Of a stretch of DNA of 64,000 nucleotides, positions 21,435 to 31,177 are shown one piece after another. Position numbers and translations under genes: made by a program. How positions within the stretch are numbered: the stretch's first letter is position 1; the number at the start of each line of letters is the position of its first letter. The DNA is from an uncultured Synergistota bacterium (GTDB lineage Bacteria; Synergistota; JAGHAJ01): contig CAZLJD010000025.1 of assembly GCA_964559865.1 (NCBI GenBank), positions 771 to 64,770 on the forward strand. Direction: 5' to 3'. Below the pieces are notes generated by a model that saw nothing but the letters and a program-made list of their open reading frames with translations, had not been told where the DNA came from and searched no databases.

Positions 21435-21901
21435 AGAATCTTGTTTTGGCTGGTGTCTTGGTTTCTCTTTGCGTTGTTCTCAGTGGTGTTTACTTTCCTG
21501 TAGGTCCTACAAAAGTTTTTCCATTTCAACATACTATTAATGCTGTGGCTGGTGTCTTTTTGGGGCCTATTTGGGCAGGAGTGATAGCTGCTGTTGCAGG
21601 TGTGATAAGGAATATTCTGGGCACTGGAACTGTGTTTGCCTTTCCTGGAGGAATACCAGGAGGAATCGTGGTAGGGTTGTTTTACATCTGGATAAAAAAG
21701 GATTGGGTGGCTTTGCTCGAACCTATTGGAACAGGACCTGTAGGGGCAACACTCAGTGCCTTTTTGATAGCACCCCATATAGGGCATCCATTGGGATGGT
21801 TTTCGTTACAGATTGCATTTCTTAGTAGCAGTATTCCTGGAAGTGTGCTGGGTTTTTTTGTTATAAAGATTGTTAGGAGGAGGTTTAAACCAAATGCTTG
21901 A
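21422..21901 (+). CDS. thiW: ECF S-component ThiW (thiazole precursor)
   Basis: FPFQHTINAVAG, GTVFAFPGG, LEPIGTG. Confidence 0.9.
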   Translation: MACLKNLVLAGVLVSLCVVLSGVYFPVGPTKVFPFQHTINAVAGVFLGPIWAGVIAAVAGVIRNILGTGTVFAFPGGIPGGIVVGLFYIWIKKDWVALLEPIGTGPVGATLSAFLIAPHIGHPLGWFSLQIAFLSSSIPGSVLGFFVIKIVRRRFKPNA

Positions 21902-23123
21902 CATAAGACCAGTGCCCCCACAAGGGCGTAATCTTGGAGGAATAGACCAGTTCTTCCTCTGGGTGGGAGCTTCAATATCCCTGGCTGAGGTCTGGGCTGG
22001 TGGTATGCTTGCACCCCTTGGAATTGGTATGGGGGTCTTTGTGATACTACTGGGGCACTTTATTGGCAATACACCTTTTGCCCTTGGGGGAGTTATAGGT
22101 GCAAAGTATGGTGTCCCAACTATGGTTGCATTAAGACCATCTTTTGGTATAAGAGGTTCGTATATTGGCAGTGTGTTAAATGTTATTCAGCTTACGGGTT
22201 GGACTGCAGTAATGCTTATAGTTTCTTCCGATGCTGCTGTTAAGATCTGTCCCTATATGGGTAAGAGTGTGTGGATGGTTGTCATTGGAGCTGTTACTAC
22301 TGCTTGGGCGATAGGTGGTTCAAGATATTGGAAGTGGGCTAATAGAATTGGGGTTGGTATTCTTGTCGTAGTATGCTTAATGGTAACTTATTACCTGCTT
22401 AATGGAGATTATACGTTTCGTAGTGAAAAGAATAGTATTTCATTTGGGCTTGCGATGGATATTGTTATAGCTATGCCTGTCTCTTGGCTACCACTGATAG
22501 GCGATTACTCGAGATACTCAAAGGATACGAAAGGAGCATTTTGGGGGACGTGGATTGGTTATTTTGTCGGTAGCTCCTGGATGTACTTTTTGGGGTTGAT
22601 GGCCTTTCTTGCTACTAATTCCTCTGATGTTGTTTCAGTAATGGTCAAGGTGGGGTTTACCGGAATTGCTCTTCTCTTGGTGTTGCTGTCTACCATAACT
22701 TCTACATTCCTTGATATATACTCTACGGCTATATCTTCTTTGAATCTGTTTCCATACCTAAACAGATTCTGGACGATGGTAGCAGCTGGGGTGGCTGGAA
22801 CTCTGGTTGGCCTTATGTTTCCCCCTGATGCCTATGAAGGGTTTTTGCTTTTAATAGGAGGTATGTTCTGTCCCATATTTGGGATAGTGCTTTCTGATTA
22901 CTTTATTTTAAGAAAGGGGAGCCTGCATGTAGATGGATTTTATGAGGTAGGTGGGATATACTGGTATAGAGGAGGTGTTAACTGGATTGCGATCTTGTCA
23001 TGGCTGGGAGGGGTTGGTGTATATGAGTTCATCACCCTTAGAGAGCCGTGGTTGGGTGCATCTATACCAAGTATGATTGCTTCTGCTTTCTTTTATCTTT
23101 TTCTGATGAGGAGGTTGTCATGA
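21894..23123 (+). CDS. cytX: Putative hydroxymethylpyrimidine transporter CytX (NCS1 family)
   Basis: LWVGASIS, RPSFG, SWLPLIGDYSRY; 12-TM protein in a thi operon. Confidence 0.85.
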   Translation: MLDIRPVPPQGRNLGGIDQFFLWVGASISLAEVWAGGMLAPLGIGMGVFVILLGHFIGNTPFALGGVIGAKYGVPTMVALRPSFGIRGSYIGSVLNVIQLTGWTAVMLIVSSDAAVKICPYMGKSVWMVVIGAVTTAWAIGGSRYWKWANRIGVGILVVVCLMVTYYLLNGDYTFRSEKNSISFGLAMDIVIAMPVSWLPLIGDYSRYSKDTKGAFWGTWIGYFVGSSWMYFLGLMAFLATNSSDVVSVMVKVGFTGIALLLVLLSTITSTFLDIYSTAISSLNLFPYLNRFWTMVAAGVAGTLVGLMFPPDAYEGFLLLIGGMFCPIFGIVLSDYFILRKGSLHVDGFYEVGGIYWYRGGVNWIAILSWLGGVGVYEFITLREPWLGASIPSMIASAFFYLFLMRRLS

Positions 23124-23917
23124 ATTACGATGGGACTGCGCTTTCGATAGCGGGTTCGGATTCTGGCGGAGGGGCAGGCATACAGGCAGACTTGAAGACA
23201 TTTGCGGCTTTTAATATATATGGTCTTTCTGTTGTGACATCTGTTACTGCGCAGAATACTGAAGGGGTTTTTGCTGTATTTGACCTCCCTCCTGAAATTG
23301 TTGCAAAGCAGCTTGAGGCCGTGGCAATAGATATCGAGATAGATACTGTTAAGGTTGGTATGCTATCGAATGTGGGTATAATGGAGGTAGTGGCAGAAGG
23401 ACTTGTAAAGTATGATATGGATAAGGTAGTTGTAGACCCCGTTATGGTCTCAAAGAGCGGCTCTACTTTGATGAGGAAAGATGCCATATCGTTTTTTACA
23501 AAACACCTGCTTCCTTTGGCCTATGTTGTAACCCCCAACGTACCTGAAGCAGAGATACTCAGTGGCGTGAAGATTGAAACACCATTGGATATGAAGGAAG
23601 CAGCCAAGATAATTAAGGAAAAAGGTGCAAGGTATGTTCTACTGAAGGGAGGGCACCTCGCTAATTACTCTAAGGTTGTGGATATTCTCTTTGATGGAAA
23701 GAATTCTTATGTCTTTCAATCAGATAGGCTGCATACCAAAAACACGCATGGTACAGGTTGTACATTGTCTTCTGCCATAGCAGCAGGTCTTGCTAAAGGA
23801 AAGGATATATACAGTGCTGTCTCTGATGCAAGTAGATATGTCTATATGGCGATAAGAGAAGCACCTGAAAACATAGGGCATGGATTTGGCCCGCTGTATC
23901 ACAATGTGAGGTGCTAA
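23120..23917 (+). CDS. thiD: HMP/HMP-P kinase ThiD
   Basis: IAGSDSGGGAGIQADLKTF, DPVM, TPNVPEA, HGTGCTLS. Confidence 0.96.
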   Translation: MNYDGTALSIAGSDSGGGAGIQADLKTFAAFNIYGLSVVTSVTAQNTEGVFAVFDLPPEIVAKQLEAVAIDIEIDTVKVGMLSNVGIMEVVAEGLVKYDMDKVVVDPVMVSKSGSTLMRKDAISFFTKHLLPLAYVVTPNVPEAEILSGVKIETPLDMKEAAKIIKEKGARYVLLKGGHLANYSKVVDILFDGKNSYVFQSDRLHTKNTHGTGCTLSSAIAAGLAKGKDIYSAVSDASRYVYMAIREAPENIGHGFGPLYHNVRC

Positions 23918-24690
23918 CGGTGATGGATTTTGCAGAGGTTGAGAGAGCGTTCGTAGATCTTAGGAAAAGGTCACCTGTTGTTGTGCAGATAACGAATTTT
24001 GTTTCTGCTGACTTTCAAGCGGATTGCACCCTCTTTATAGGTGCTCACCCTATTATGCCTGTAAGTGTTGAAGAAATAGGTGAAATTGTTTCCAAGAGTG
24101 ATAGTTTGCTTGTGAACATAGGTAACCTCACTGAGGAGAGGATGTTTGCCATAAGGGAGGCCTTGAAGGTAGCAAATATGTACGGTTTACCAGTAGTTTT
24201 GGATCCGGTTGGCTGCAACGCTTCTTCTTTTAGAAATGCGTTTGTTACTGAGATCCTAAGGCTTTATAGGGTAGATGTATTGAAAGGAAACGCTTCTGAG
24301 GTTTCTTCCATAGCTGGTAAGCAGAGAACCTTTGGGGGTGTAGATGGTGTCGAAGATGTTTCGGATACTGAGATAATTCCGTTGCTTGAGAAGATTTCGG
24401 TTGAGTATGGATGTGTGGTTGTTTCTACTGGAGCAATAGATTTTGTTGTTTCCGTGGATAATATGGTTTCTGTTACCGGCGGAAGTCCGTTTTTAAAGAG
24501 TGTTTCTGGGATGGGATGTTGCTTAGGCTCTATTATGGCAGCCCTCTTGACGGTAAGGGATAGCTTTGCTGCTTCTATAATAGGCTTGGAGGCTGTGAAG
24601 ATGACCTCTGTGCGTGCAGCGGTGGGACTGGATGTACCTGGAAGTTTTAAGGCAAGGTTTCTTGATCAATTGTATATTTTGGGGAGGTGA
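23911..24690 (+). CDS. thiM: Hydroxyethylthiazole kinase ThiM
   Basis: ITNFV, NIGNL, LDPVG, KGNASE, GMGCCLG. Confidence 0.93.
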   Translation: MLTVMDFAEVERAFVDLRKRSPVVVQITNFVSADFQADCTLFIGAHPIMPVSVEEIGEIVSKSDSLLVNIGNLTEERMFAIREALKVANMYGLPVVLDPVGCNASSFRNAFVTEILRLYRVDVLKGNASEVSSIAGKQRTFGGVDGVEDVSDTEIIPLLEKISVEYGCVVVSTGAIDFVVSVDNMVSVTGGSPFLKSVSGMGCCLGSIMAALLTVRDSFAASIIGLEAVKMTSVRAAVGLDVPGSFKARFLDQLYILGR

Positions 24691-25316
24691 GCTTGCTGGA
24701 TTTTGGTTTGTATGTGATATCTGATGAAGGTGTATCTAAGAGATCCCATGTGCAAGTAGTAAAAGAGCTTGTGGATGGTGGTGTTAGGTTTATCCAGCTG
24801 AGAGATAAGCACCGGAGTGATAGGGAACTGCTTCGTACTGCAATAGAGGTTGCCAGGATATGCCATAGAAGTGGTGCGAAACTTATAGTAAATGATAGGG
24901 TGGATATTGCCGTTTTGAGTGGTGCAGATGGCGTGCATCTTGGTCAGGAGGATTTGCCCATTGAATATGTTAAAAGGATCGTACCTGGGGATTTTATAAT
25001 TGGTGTTACCGTACATAGTGTAAGGGAAGCCTTGGTGGCGGCTGCAAGTGGTGCAACCTACCTTGGAGCTGGAAGTGTGTTCCCCACGAAGACGAAGGAA
25101 AATATCAAGCTTATAGGTTTAGATGGACTAAGGGAGATAGCCTCTGCTGTGAACATACCTGTTGTTGCTATAGGGGGTATATCCCTTGATAATGTGGAGG
25201 ATGTTATACGCATGGGTGCAAGTGGTGTAGCTGTGGTTTCTGCTATAATTTCGAAAGATGACATAAGAAGTGCTGCGTTATTGTTCACAGAAAAGTTGCA
25301 TTTATTTACTCGTTGA
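24687..25316 (+). CDS. thiE: Thiamine-phosphate synthase ThiE
   Basis: [31 protein letters not shown]. Confidence 0.96.
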   Translation: MSLLDFGLYVISDEGVSKRSHVQVVKELVDGGVRFIQLRDKHRSDRELLRTAIEVARICHRSGAKLIVNDRVDIAVLSGADGVHLGQEDLPIEYVKRIVPGDFIIGVTVHSVREALVAAASGATYLGAGSVFPTKTKENIKLIGLDGLREIASAVNIPVVAIGGISLDNVEDVIRMGASGVAVVSAIISKDDIRSAALLFTEKLHLFTR

Positions 25317-27099
25317 TTTTTAGGAATGCAAGAAATGCATCTTGTGGAATACTAACTCTACCTATTTGTTTCATTCTTTTTTTACCTTCCTTTTGTTTTT
25401 CCAGAAGTTTCTTCTTTCTCGTCACATCCCCTCCGTAGCACTTTGCAAGCACATCCTTTCGTAGTGCCTTTATTACGCGCTTGGATATTACCCTCTTTCC
25501 TATTGCTGCTTGAAGGTTCACATCGAATAACTGTCTTGGAATATGTTCTTTTAGTTTGTCCAGGAGCATTTGGGACTTGTGGTATGCATGATCTTTATGC
25601 ACTATAAAAGATAGGGCATCAACTGGTTCTCCATTTATGAGAATATCTACTTTCAGTAGTTCTGAGACCCTATACCCAATCTGTTCATAGTCGAATGATG
25701 CGTACCCTCTGCTGACTGATTTTATTTTATCGTGGAAGTCAAGTATCATTTCCGATAGCGGTACTTCGTATGTTAGCATGGCTCTCGTGGGATTTACATA
25801 TTGCATATCTATGTATGTGCCTCTTTTGTTTTGCACCACTTTCATTATGGGACCAATGAACTCTGAGGGAGTGAATACGGTTACTTTGGTGTATGGCTCT
25901 TTTATGTATTCTATCTCTCCTATGGAGGGAAACATTGCAGGGTTGTTTATCTCTATCTCCTTACCGCTTTTCAGTCCCACTTTGTATATTACATTTGGAA
26001 CAGTTGCTACCAGTTCAAGTCCAAATTCTCTTCTTAACCTTTCCTTCACTATATCCATGTGTAGCATACCAAGAAACCCGCACCGAAAACCGAAGCCGAG
26101 TGCTACTGAACTTTCTGGTGTGTAAGTGAACGCTGCATCGTTGAGTTGGAGTTTCTCAAGGGCATCCCTTAAAGCTGGATAGCTGTCCCTCTCAATGGGG
26201 TAGAATCCACAGAATACAACAGGCTTTACTCGCTTGTAACCAGGGAGCGGTTCTTTAAGTGGCTTTTCTGCTAACATTATAGTGTCTCCAACGCGGGTAT
26301 CTCCTATGTTTTTTATGTTTGCAATTATGTAGCCTACTTCTCCTGCTGACAGCTTATCCTTTGATGACATCTCCGGTTTGAATATACCTACTTCTTCTAC
26401 TTCAAATGTCTTGTGGTTGGAGAATATCTCTATTTTGTCGCCTTTCTTTACGGTCCCGTCGAATATCCTTGCGTACACTATTACTCCTCTAAAACTGTCA
26501 AATACAGCGTCAAATATTAGTGCCTTTAAAGGAGCGTTAGGGTTGCCCTTTGGGGTAGGTATGTACTCTATTATTGCTTCTAATACCTCTTTTACCCCTG
26601 TTCCTTCTTTTGCACTCACCAAGAAACTGTTTTGTGCATCCAGTCCAAGTACATCTTCTATCTCCTTTTTTACCCTTTCTGGATCGGCACTTGGTAGATC
26701 TATCTTGTTTATTACGGGTATAATCTCGAGATTTGCATCCACAGCCAGGTATGCATTTGCCAGTGTTTGTGCTTCTATTCCTTGAGTGGCGTCTATTACC
26801 AGAAGAGCGCCTTCGCATGCAGCCATACTTTTGGATACTTCATACTCAAAATCCACATGTCCTGGCGTGTCTATGAGGTTGAGAATGTATTCTCTACCAC
26901 TTTCTGATTTGTATTGCATACGCACAGGTTGTGCCTTTATTGTTATACCTCTTTCCCTTTCTATATCCATCATGTCCAATACCTGCTCTACCATTTTTCT
27001 CTCGGGAATGGTTTTTGTTATGGATAGAAACCTATCTGCAAGTGTGGACTTGCCATGATCTATGTGTGCAATGATACAGAAGTTCCTTATGTTGTCCAA
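25306..27099 (-). CDS. lepA: Elongation factor 4
   Basis: [55 protein letters not shown]. Confidence 0.99.
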   Translation of the reverse strand: MDNIRNFCIIAHIDHGKSTLADRFLSITKTIPERKMVEQVLDMMDIERERGITIKAQPVRMQYKSESGREYILNLIDTPGHVDFEYEVSKSMAACEGALLVIDATQGIEAQTLANAYLAVDANLEIIPVINKIDLPSADPERVKKEIEDVLGLDAQNSFLVSAKEGTGVKEVLEAIIEYIPTPKGNPNAPLKALIFDAVFDSFRGVIVYARIFDGTVKKGDKIEIFSNHKTFEVEEVGIFKPEMSSKDKLSAGEVGYIIANIKNIGDTRVGDTIMLAEKPLKEPLPGYKRVKPVVFCGFYPIERDSYPALRDALEKLQLNDAAFTYTPESSVALGFGFRCGFLGMLHMDIVKERLRREFGLELVATVPNVIYKVGLKSGKEIEINNPAMFPSIGEIEYIKEPYTKVTVFTPSEFIGPIMKVVQNKRGTYIDMQYVNPTRAMLTYEVPLSEMILDFHDKIKSVSRGYASFDYEQIGYRVSELLKVDILINGEPVDALSFIVHKDHAYHKSQMLLDKLKEHIPRQLFDVNLQAAIGKRVISKRVIKALRKDVLAKCYGGDVTRKKKLLEKQKEGKKRMKQIGRVSIPQDAFLAFLKINE

Positions 27100-27274
27100 C
27101 CTATCAACCTCCTGTTTGCGACGGCTTTCATGGTGAATACAATCGAAGCTTTAACAACCCACAGTATTTTACATCATTGTTACGCATATTCAAAGGGTAA
27201 AGATTGTGAAATATACCTCGCATGGTTTGAATGTTTGGACGATTGGAACTGTTATGTGAGGATCTTTACGGCAC

Positions 27275-27303
27275 TTGACATGTGAATTTAGGACAAGTAT
27301 AAT
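27275..27303 (+). promoter_or_regulatory. Sigma-70 promoter of the Mo/W uptake operon
   Basis: Exact TTGACA-17 bp-TATAAT. Confidence 0.85.
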
Positions 27304-27342
27304 AGCATTTGGTAATATGATCTTTGGATGTTTTCATAAAGT

Positions 27343-27440
27343 TCCTCCGAGCTCATTTGTCCTAAGGGCGTTTGCCTATGGGGATGAGCCAAATAGGGTT
27401 AGTGAGGAAACTCATTAGCCTCCCGTGTTTGGAAAGGAGG
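27343..27440 (+). ncRNA. Moco (molybdenum cofactor) RNA motif / riboswitch
   Basis: CTCCGAGC...CCTAAG...TATGG...GAAA-capped stem...GCCTCCCGTG..TGGAAAGGAG, upstream of modABC. Confidence 0.88.
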
Positions 27441-27452
27441 GGTTTCTGGTAG

Positions 27453-27492
27453 GTCTCCTTTCACGAGGTCAGTGGGAGGGGACTTTTTGTTT
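27453..27492 (+). terminator. Riboswitch-linked intrinsic terminator
   Basis: GTCTCCTTTCAC-GAGGTCA-GTGGGAGGGGAC (12 bp with G-U pairs) followed by TTTTTGTTT. Confidence 0.75.
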
Positions 27493-27533
27493 ATCTAAGT
27501 TATTATTTAGTGTATGCTTAGGAGGTGTTTTAT

Positions 27534-28331
27534 GTGAGAAAAGTAACAATTATTTTTTTGTTAGCAGGTCTTTTAGGATTGTCCTTTGGGTTTGTTTTGG
27601 CTGGTAGTGCGTGGGCGAGTGTATTTGATGGTAAGAGTATATTTGTGTGTTCTGGTGCTGGATTGATGAAGCCTATGAATGAGCTTATAGGTATGTTTGA
27701 ACAAGAGACTGGTGCACGAGTTGAGGTTCATTATGGTGGCAGTGCTGAGATATTTGGTGTGTTAGCAACGATGGGTTGCGATGTCTTTATACCGGGTGCT
27801 TATAAGTATGTGAAAGATGCCATCGATAGGGGTTATGTGCTACCCGAGACGGTGAAGAATATAGTTTTGCATGTACCTGTGATAGCTGTACCAAAATCCA
27901 ATCCTATGGGAATTAAAGGGCTCGATGACATGAAAGAAAAGGGTGTGAAGGTAGTTCTTGGTGACCCAAGAGCATGTGCAATAGGTAAGGTTGCCAAGAA
28001 GATACTGATAAAGAATAAGATATGGAATAGCGTTAAGAGAAACGTTGTGGTATTTACGCCAACTGTCAATCAGCTACTCATATATATTGCTACAGGACAA
28101 GCGGATGCGACAATAATCTGGGAAGATATGACTACATGGGTGCAAGCTAAAGGAAAGATAGTTGTAGTGCAGATACCCAGGGATCAAAATCTCATAAAGA
28201 CAATCCCAACAGCCGTAGCAGTTTATGCTAAGGAGAAAAGCCATATGAAGGTAGCAGAAGCATTTAATAACTTTATTGCAAGACATGTAGAAGTGTGGGA
28301 GAAGTGGGGGTTTAAACCGTGCAAAGATTGA
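27534..28331 (+). CDS. modA: Molybdate/tungstate ABC transporter substrate-binding protein
   Basis: CSGAGLMKP, YGGSAE, GDPRACAIG, PTVNQL. GTG start after GGAGG. Confidence 0.9.
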   Translation: MRKVTIIFLLAGLLGLSFGFVLAGSAWASVFDGKSIFVCSGAGLMKPMNELIGMFEQETGARVEVHYGGSAEIFGVLATMGCDVFIPGAYKYVKDAIDRGYVLPETVKNIVLHVPVIAVPKSNPMGIKGLDDMKEKGVKVVLGDPRACAIGKVAKKILIKNKIWNSVKRNVVVFTPTVNQLLIYIATGQADATIIWEDMTTWVQAKGKIVVVQIPRDQNLIKTIPTAVAVYAKEKSHMKVAEAFNNFIARHVEVWEKWGFKPCKD

Positions 28332-29113
28332 GCTTTAGGAAGATTTGTATATCTCTTTCGTTTGCCTTCACATTTTTCCTGATATTGGCTATAGCGTCTC
28401 TTATTGCTGTCCCTAATGTGAAGGATGTTCTTGAGGCATTAGGAACGAAAGAGATGTTGTTTTCACTTCGGCTTTCCTTGATTACAGCTTCAGCATCTAC
28501 TGCAGTGGTTATGTTAGTAGCAGTTCCAGTGGGATATGCACTTTCTCGCTTTTCTTTTTGGGGTAAGAGTATAGTTAGTTCTATTATAGATTTACCAATG
28601 GCATTTCCTGAGTTGGTTTTGGGATTAGCATTGCTCTTGTTGTTTGGTAAGACTCCTGTTGGGAGCTTCTTAAGTGATATTGGAATAAAGGTGGTGTTCA
28701 CGAAGTTGGGTATAGTAGTTGCACAGGTTTTTACTGCTATGCCGTATGCTACAAGGATATCTTATTCGACATTTGAAACTATAAACCCGAGATATGAACT
28801 TGTTTCAAGAGGACTTGGTTATACTGAGTTTGAAACATTCAGAAAGATTACACTCCCCTTAGCTAAGGGTGGAATATTTGCTTCGATGATAATAACATTT
28901 GCGAGATGTGTAGGTGCGTTTGGTGCAGTGCTTATACTTGCTGGTGGATCTTACATGAATACGGAAATTTTGCCGGTTACGCTCTACCTTAACATTTCCT
29001 ATGGTAACATCGGAATGGCTATAACCAGTGGGATAGTTTTGATAGCTGTTTCTTTCTTGGCTATACTCATTTTTGAGAAGCTGCAGGGAGGGTACGATGT
29101 TTCTCGAACTTGA
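28319..29113 (+). CDS. modB: Molybdate/tungstate ABC permease
   Basis: DLPMAFPELVLG, EAA-like loop, FARCVGAFGA. Confidence 0.88.
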   Translation: MQRLSFRKICISLSFAFTFFLILAIASLIAVPNVKDVLEALGTKEMLFSLRLSLITASASTAVVMLVAVPVGYALSRFSFWGKSIVSSIIDLPMAFPELVLGLALLLLFGKTPVGSFLSDIGIKVVFTKLGIVVAQVFTAMPYATRISYSTFETINPRYELVSRGLGYTEFETFRKITLPLAKGGIFASMIITFARCVGAFGAVLILAGGSYMNTEILPVTLYLNISYGNIGMAITSGIVLIAVSFLAILIFEKLQGGYDVSRT

Positions 29114-30158
29114 GAATTTAAGTATTGACCTTGGTGAGTTTAAGTTATCGGGTGTTTCTCTGGGCGTGGAGGAAGGGGATTATGTTGTTGTGATTGGACC
29201 TACTGGAAGTGGGAAAACGGTGTTGATAGAAACGATAAATGGATTTTATACACCTGAAAGAGGAAGGATACTGATGTGTGGCAAAGATATAACATCTTTA
29301 CCACCGGAGGAGAGGGGCATCAGCGTTGTTTATCAGGACTATGTGCTCTTTCCCCACATGAGTGTTTATGACAACATAGCATATGGATTGAGAAAGAGAC
29401 TAAAAGATGAACATAGAATAGAGATGAAGGTGAAGGAAGTGGCAGAGGTTCTTCGGATAGACCACCTCTTTGAGAGAATACCTACTACTTTGAGTGGGGG
29501 AGAGATGCAGAGAGTTGCGCTGGCAAGGGCTCTTGTTGTAAGACCCCGTCTCCTTCTCATGGATGAGCCATTTTCGGCGTTGGATGTGAGGACTAAGGAG
29601 AAGCTACGAAAGTTGGTAAAGAGTGCAATACGAACCTACAATGCAACAGTTTTACATATCACGCACGACTTTGATGACGTCTTTGGTCTTGCGACGAAGG
29701 TTGCTGTAATGAAGGATGGTAAGGTGTTACAGGTGGGTGAACCGGAGGAGGTCTTTTCTAAGCCTCTGGGAGATTTTGTGGCTGACTTTGTTGGTACAAA
29801 TGTGTTGAGGTGTAAAGTTGAGGAAGTGAGAGATGGTATGACGATTCTTTCCTGTAGTGGAGTAAGACTTTACAGTCTGGATAGTGCATGTCTTGGCGAA
29901 GATGTGGATGTTTCGATTAGACCTGAGAACATCATAGTAGCAAGGGAGATGGTGTCAAGCTCTGCAAAAAATAGCTTTCGAGGGAAGGTTACCGAAGTTG
30001 TGGAGAGTGGACACTTAGTATGGCTTTCGCTTAGCATTGGTGGAGTATCTCTTAAGGTGGTTATTACTCCAAATTCTCGGGATTTGCTTGGTATTGAAGC
30101 TGAAAAGGAACTTTATGTACTCTTCAAAGCTGCCAGTGTGAGGATTTTAAATGGATAA
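29097..30158 (+). CDS. modC: Molybdate/tungstate ABC ATPase with TOBE domain (ModC/WtpC)
   Basis: GPTGSGKT, LSGGE, LMDEP, C-terminal TOBE (FKAASV). Confidence 0.88.
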   Translation: MFLELENLSIDLGEFKLSGVSLGVEEGDYVVVIGPTGSGKTVLIETINGFYTPERGRILMCGKDITSLPPEERGISVVYQDYVLFPHMSVYDNIAYGLRKRLKDEHRIEMKVKEVAEVLRIDHLFERIPTTLSGGEMQRVALARALVVRPRLLLMDEPFSALDVRTKEKLRKLVKSAIRTYNATVLHITHDFDDVFGLATKVAVMKDGKVLQVGEPEEVFSKPLGDFVADFVGTNVLRCKVEEVRDGMTILSCSGVRLYSLDSACLGEDVDVSIRPENIIVAREMVSSSAKNSFRGKVTEVVESGHLVWLSLSIGGVSLKVVITPNSRDLLGIEAEKELYVLFKAASVRILNG

Positions 30159-30159
30159 A

Positions 30160-30188
30160 TTGACTTATCGATGCTTTCACGGTATAAT
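30160..30188 (+). promoter_or_regulatory. Sigma-70 promoter
   Basis: TTGACT-17 bp-TATAAT. Confidence 0.75.
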
Positions 30189-30221
30189 AGTTAGTACTTT
30201 GACAACCGAGGAGGAATTTAC

Positions 30222-30524
30222 ATGGTGAGTAAGGAGCAAGTTTTAGATGCGTTGAGAAATGTGTATGACCCAGAGATACCGATAAACATTGTAGACCTTG
30301 GGTTGATTTATGGTGTAAGTTTACGAGAGGATACAGGTGTTGTGCATATAAAGATGACGCTGACTGCTCCTGGATGTCCGCTTACCAACCTCATACTTGC
30401 AGATGTTAAGAACACGGTGAAGTCGCTTGACGGCGTGAATGATGTGGAGCTTGAATTGGTGTTTGATCCTCCATGGACTCCTGACATGATAAGCGGGGAT
30501 GCCAAGAAGCGTTTGGGATTTTGA
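30222..30524 (+). CDS. Metal-sulfur cluster assembly factor (DUF59/SufT family)
   Basis: DPEIPINIVDLGLIY, TLTAPGCP, DPPWTP. Confidence 0.92.
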   Translation: MVSKEQVLDALRNVYDPEIPINIVDLGLIYGVSLREDTGVVHIKMTLTAPGCPLTNLILADVKNTVKSLDGVNDVELELVFDPPWTPDMISGDAKKRLGF

Positions 30525-30547
30525 CGAGGTAGGGAGGGCTTGATAAG

Positions 30548-31018
30548 ATGAAGATATGTTTTACTGTAGATGACCCAAAAGGGCTTGAAAGCATAGTGAG
30601 TTACCACTTTGGCCATGCGCCGTATTATGTGATGGTGGAGTTGGATGGCAGTGATATTGTGAATGTTGTATCAATCAAAAATCCTATGGGAGGCGAACAT
30701 AATCCGGGAGATTTGCCAACCTTTATGAAGGAGAATGGTGTGGATGTGATTGTGAGTGGGGGTATGGGACCACGGGCGCAGGAGTATTTTGCCAGCCTCG
30801 GCATAAAGGCTATAGTTGGTGCGTACGGTACCGTTAAGGATGTGCTTCAGGAGTATCTAAAGGGGGAAGTAGGATACCAAACGACAAAGGTTTCAGAACA
30901 CCACCATTACTCTGAGAATGAGGAGATAGATAGATTGACTAAGGAAATTAAAGCTATAAGGGAGCAGCTGGCAGAATTAAAGGGTATTGTGAAGATGCTT
31001 GAGGAAAAAATTTCTTGA
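30548..31018 (+). CDS. NifB/NifX family Mo-Fe cluster-binding protein with His-rich linker and coiled coil
   Basis: HFGHAPY, GGMGPRA, EHHH. Confidence 0.85.
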   Translation: MKICFTVDDPKGLESIVSYHFGHAPYYVMVELDGSDIVNVVSIKNPMGGEHNPGDLPTFMKENGVDVIVSGGMGPRAQEYFASLGIKAIVGAYGTVKDVLQEYLKGEVGYQTTKVSEHHHYSENEEIDRLTKEIKAIREQLAELKGIVKMLEEKIS

Positions 31019-31035
31019 AGTTGTTGTTTGAGGGA

Positions 31036-31064
31036 TTGAAAAAAGTAGTATCTCATGGTAAAAT
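31036..31064 (+). promoter_or_regulatory. Sigma-70 promoter of tRNA
   Basis: TTGAAA-17 bp-TAAAAT with extended -10 TG. Confidence 0.75.
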
Positions 31065-31078
31065 CTCACTCGAGTGGT

Positions 31079-31154
31079 GGGCCCATAGCTCAGCTGGAAG
31101 AGCCACCGGCTCATAACCGGTAGGTCCCTGGTTCGAGCCCAGGTGGGCCCACCA
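31079..31154 (+). tRNA. tRNA with CAT anticodon, most likely tRNA-Ile2 (lysidine)
   Basis: Full cloverleaf: GGGCCCA/TGGGCCC acceptor, ACCGG-CTCATAA-CCGGT anticodon arm, GTTCGAGC T-loop, encoded CCA. G1-C72 pairing excludes the initiator; C4-G69/C5-G68 fit Ile2. Confidence 0.92.
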
Positions 31155-31177
31155 TAGTGTTTATGAGGGGTTAATTC

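Noticed and set aside
27055-27607. Short ORFs 27055-27285 and 27425-27607
   Set aside because: They overlap the lepA start, the promoter and the Moco riboswitch platform, and show no coding features.
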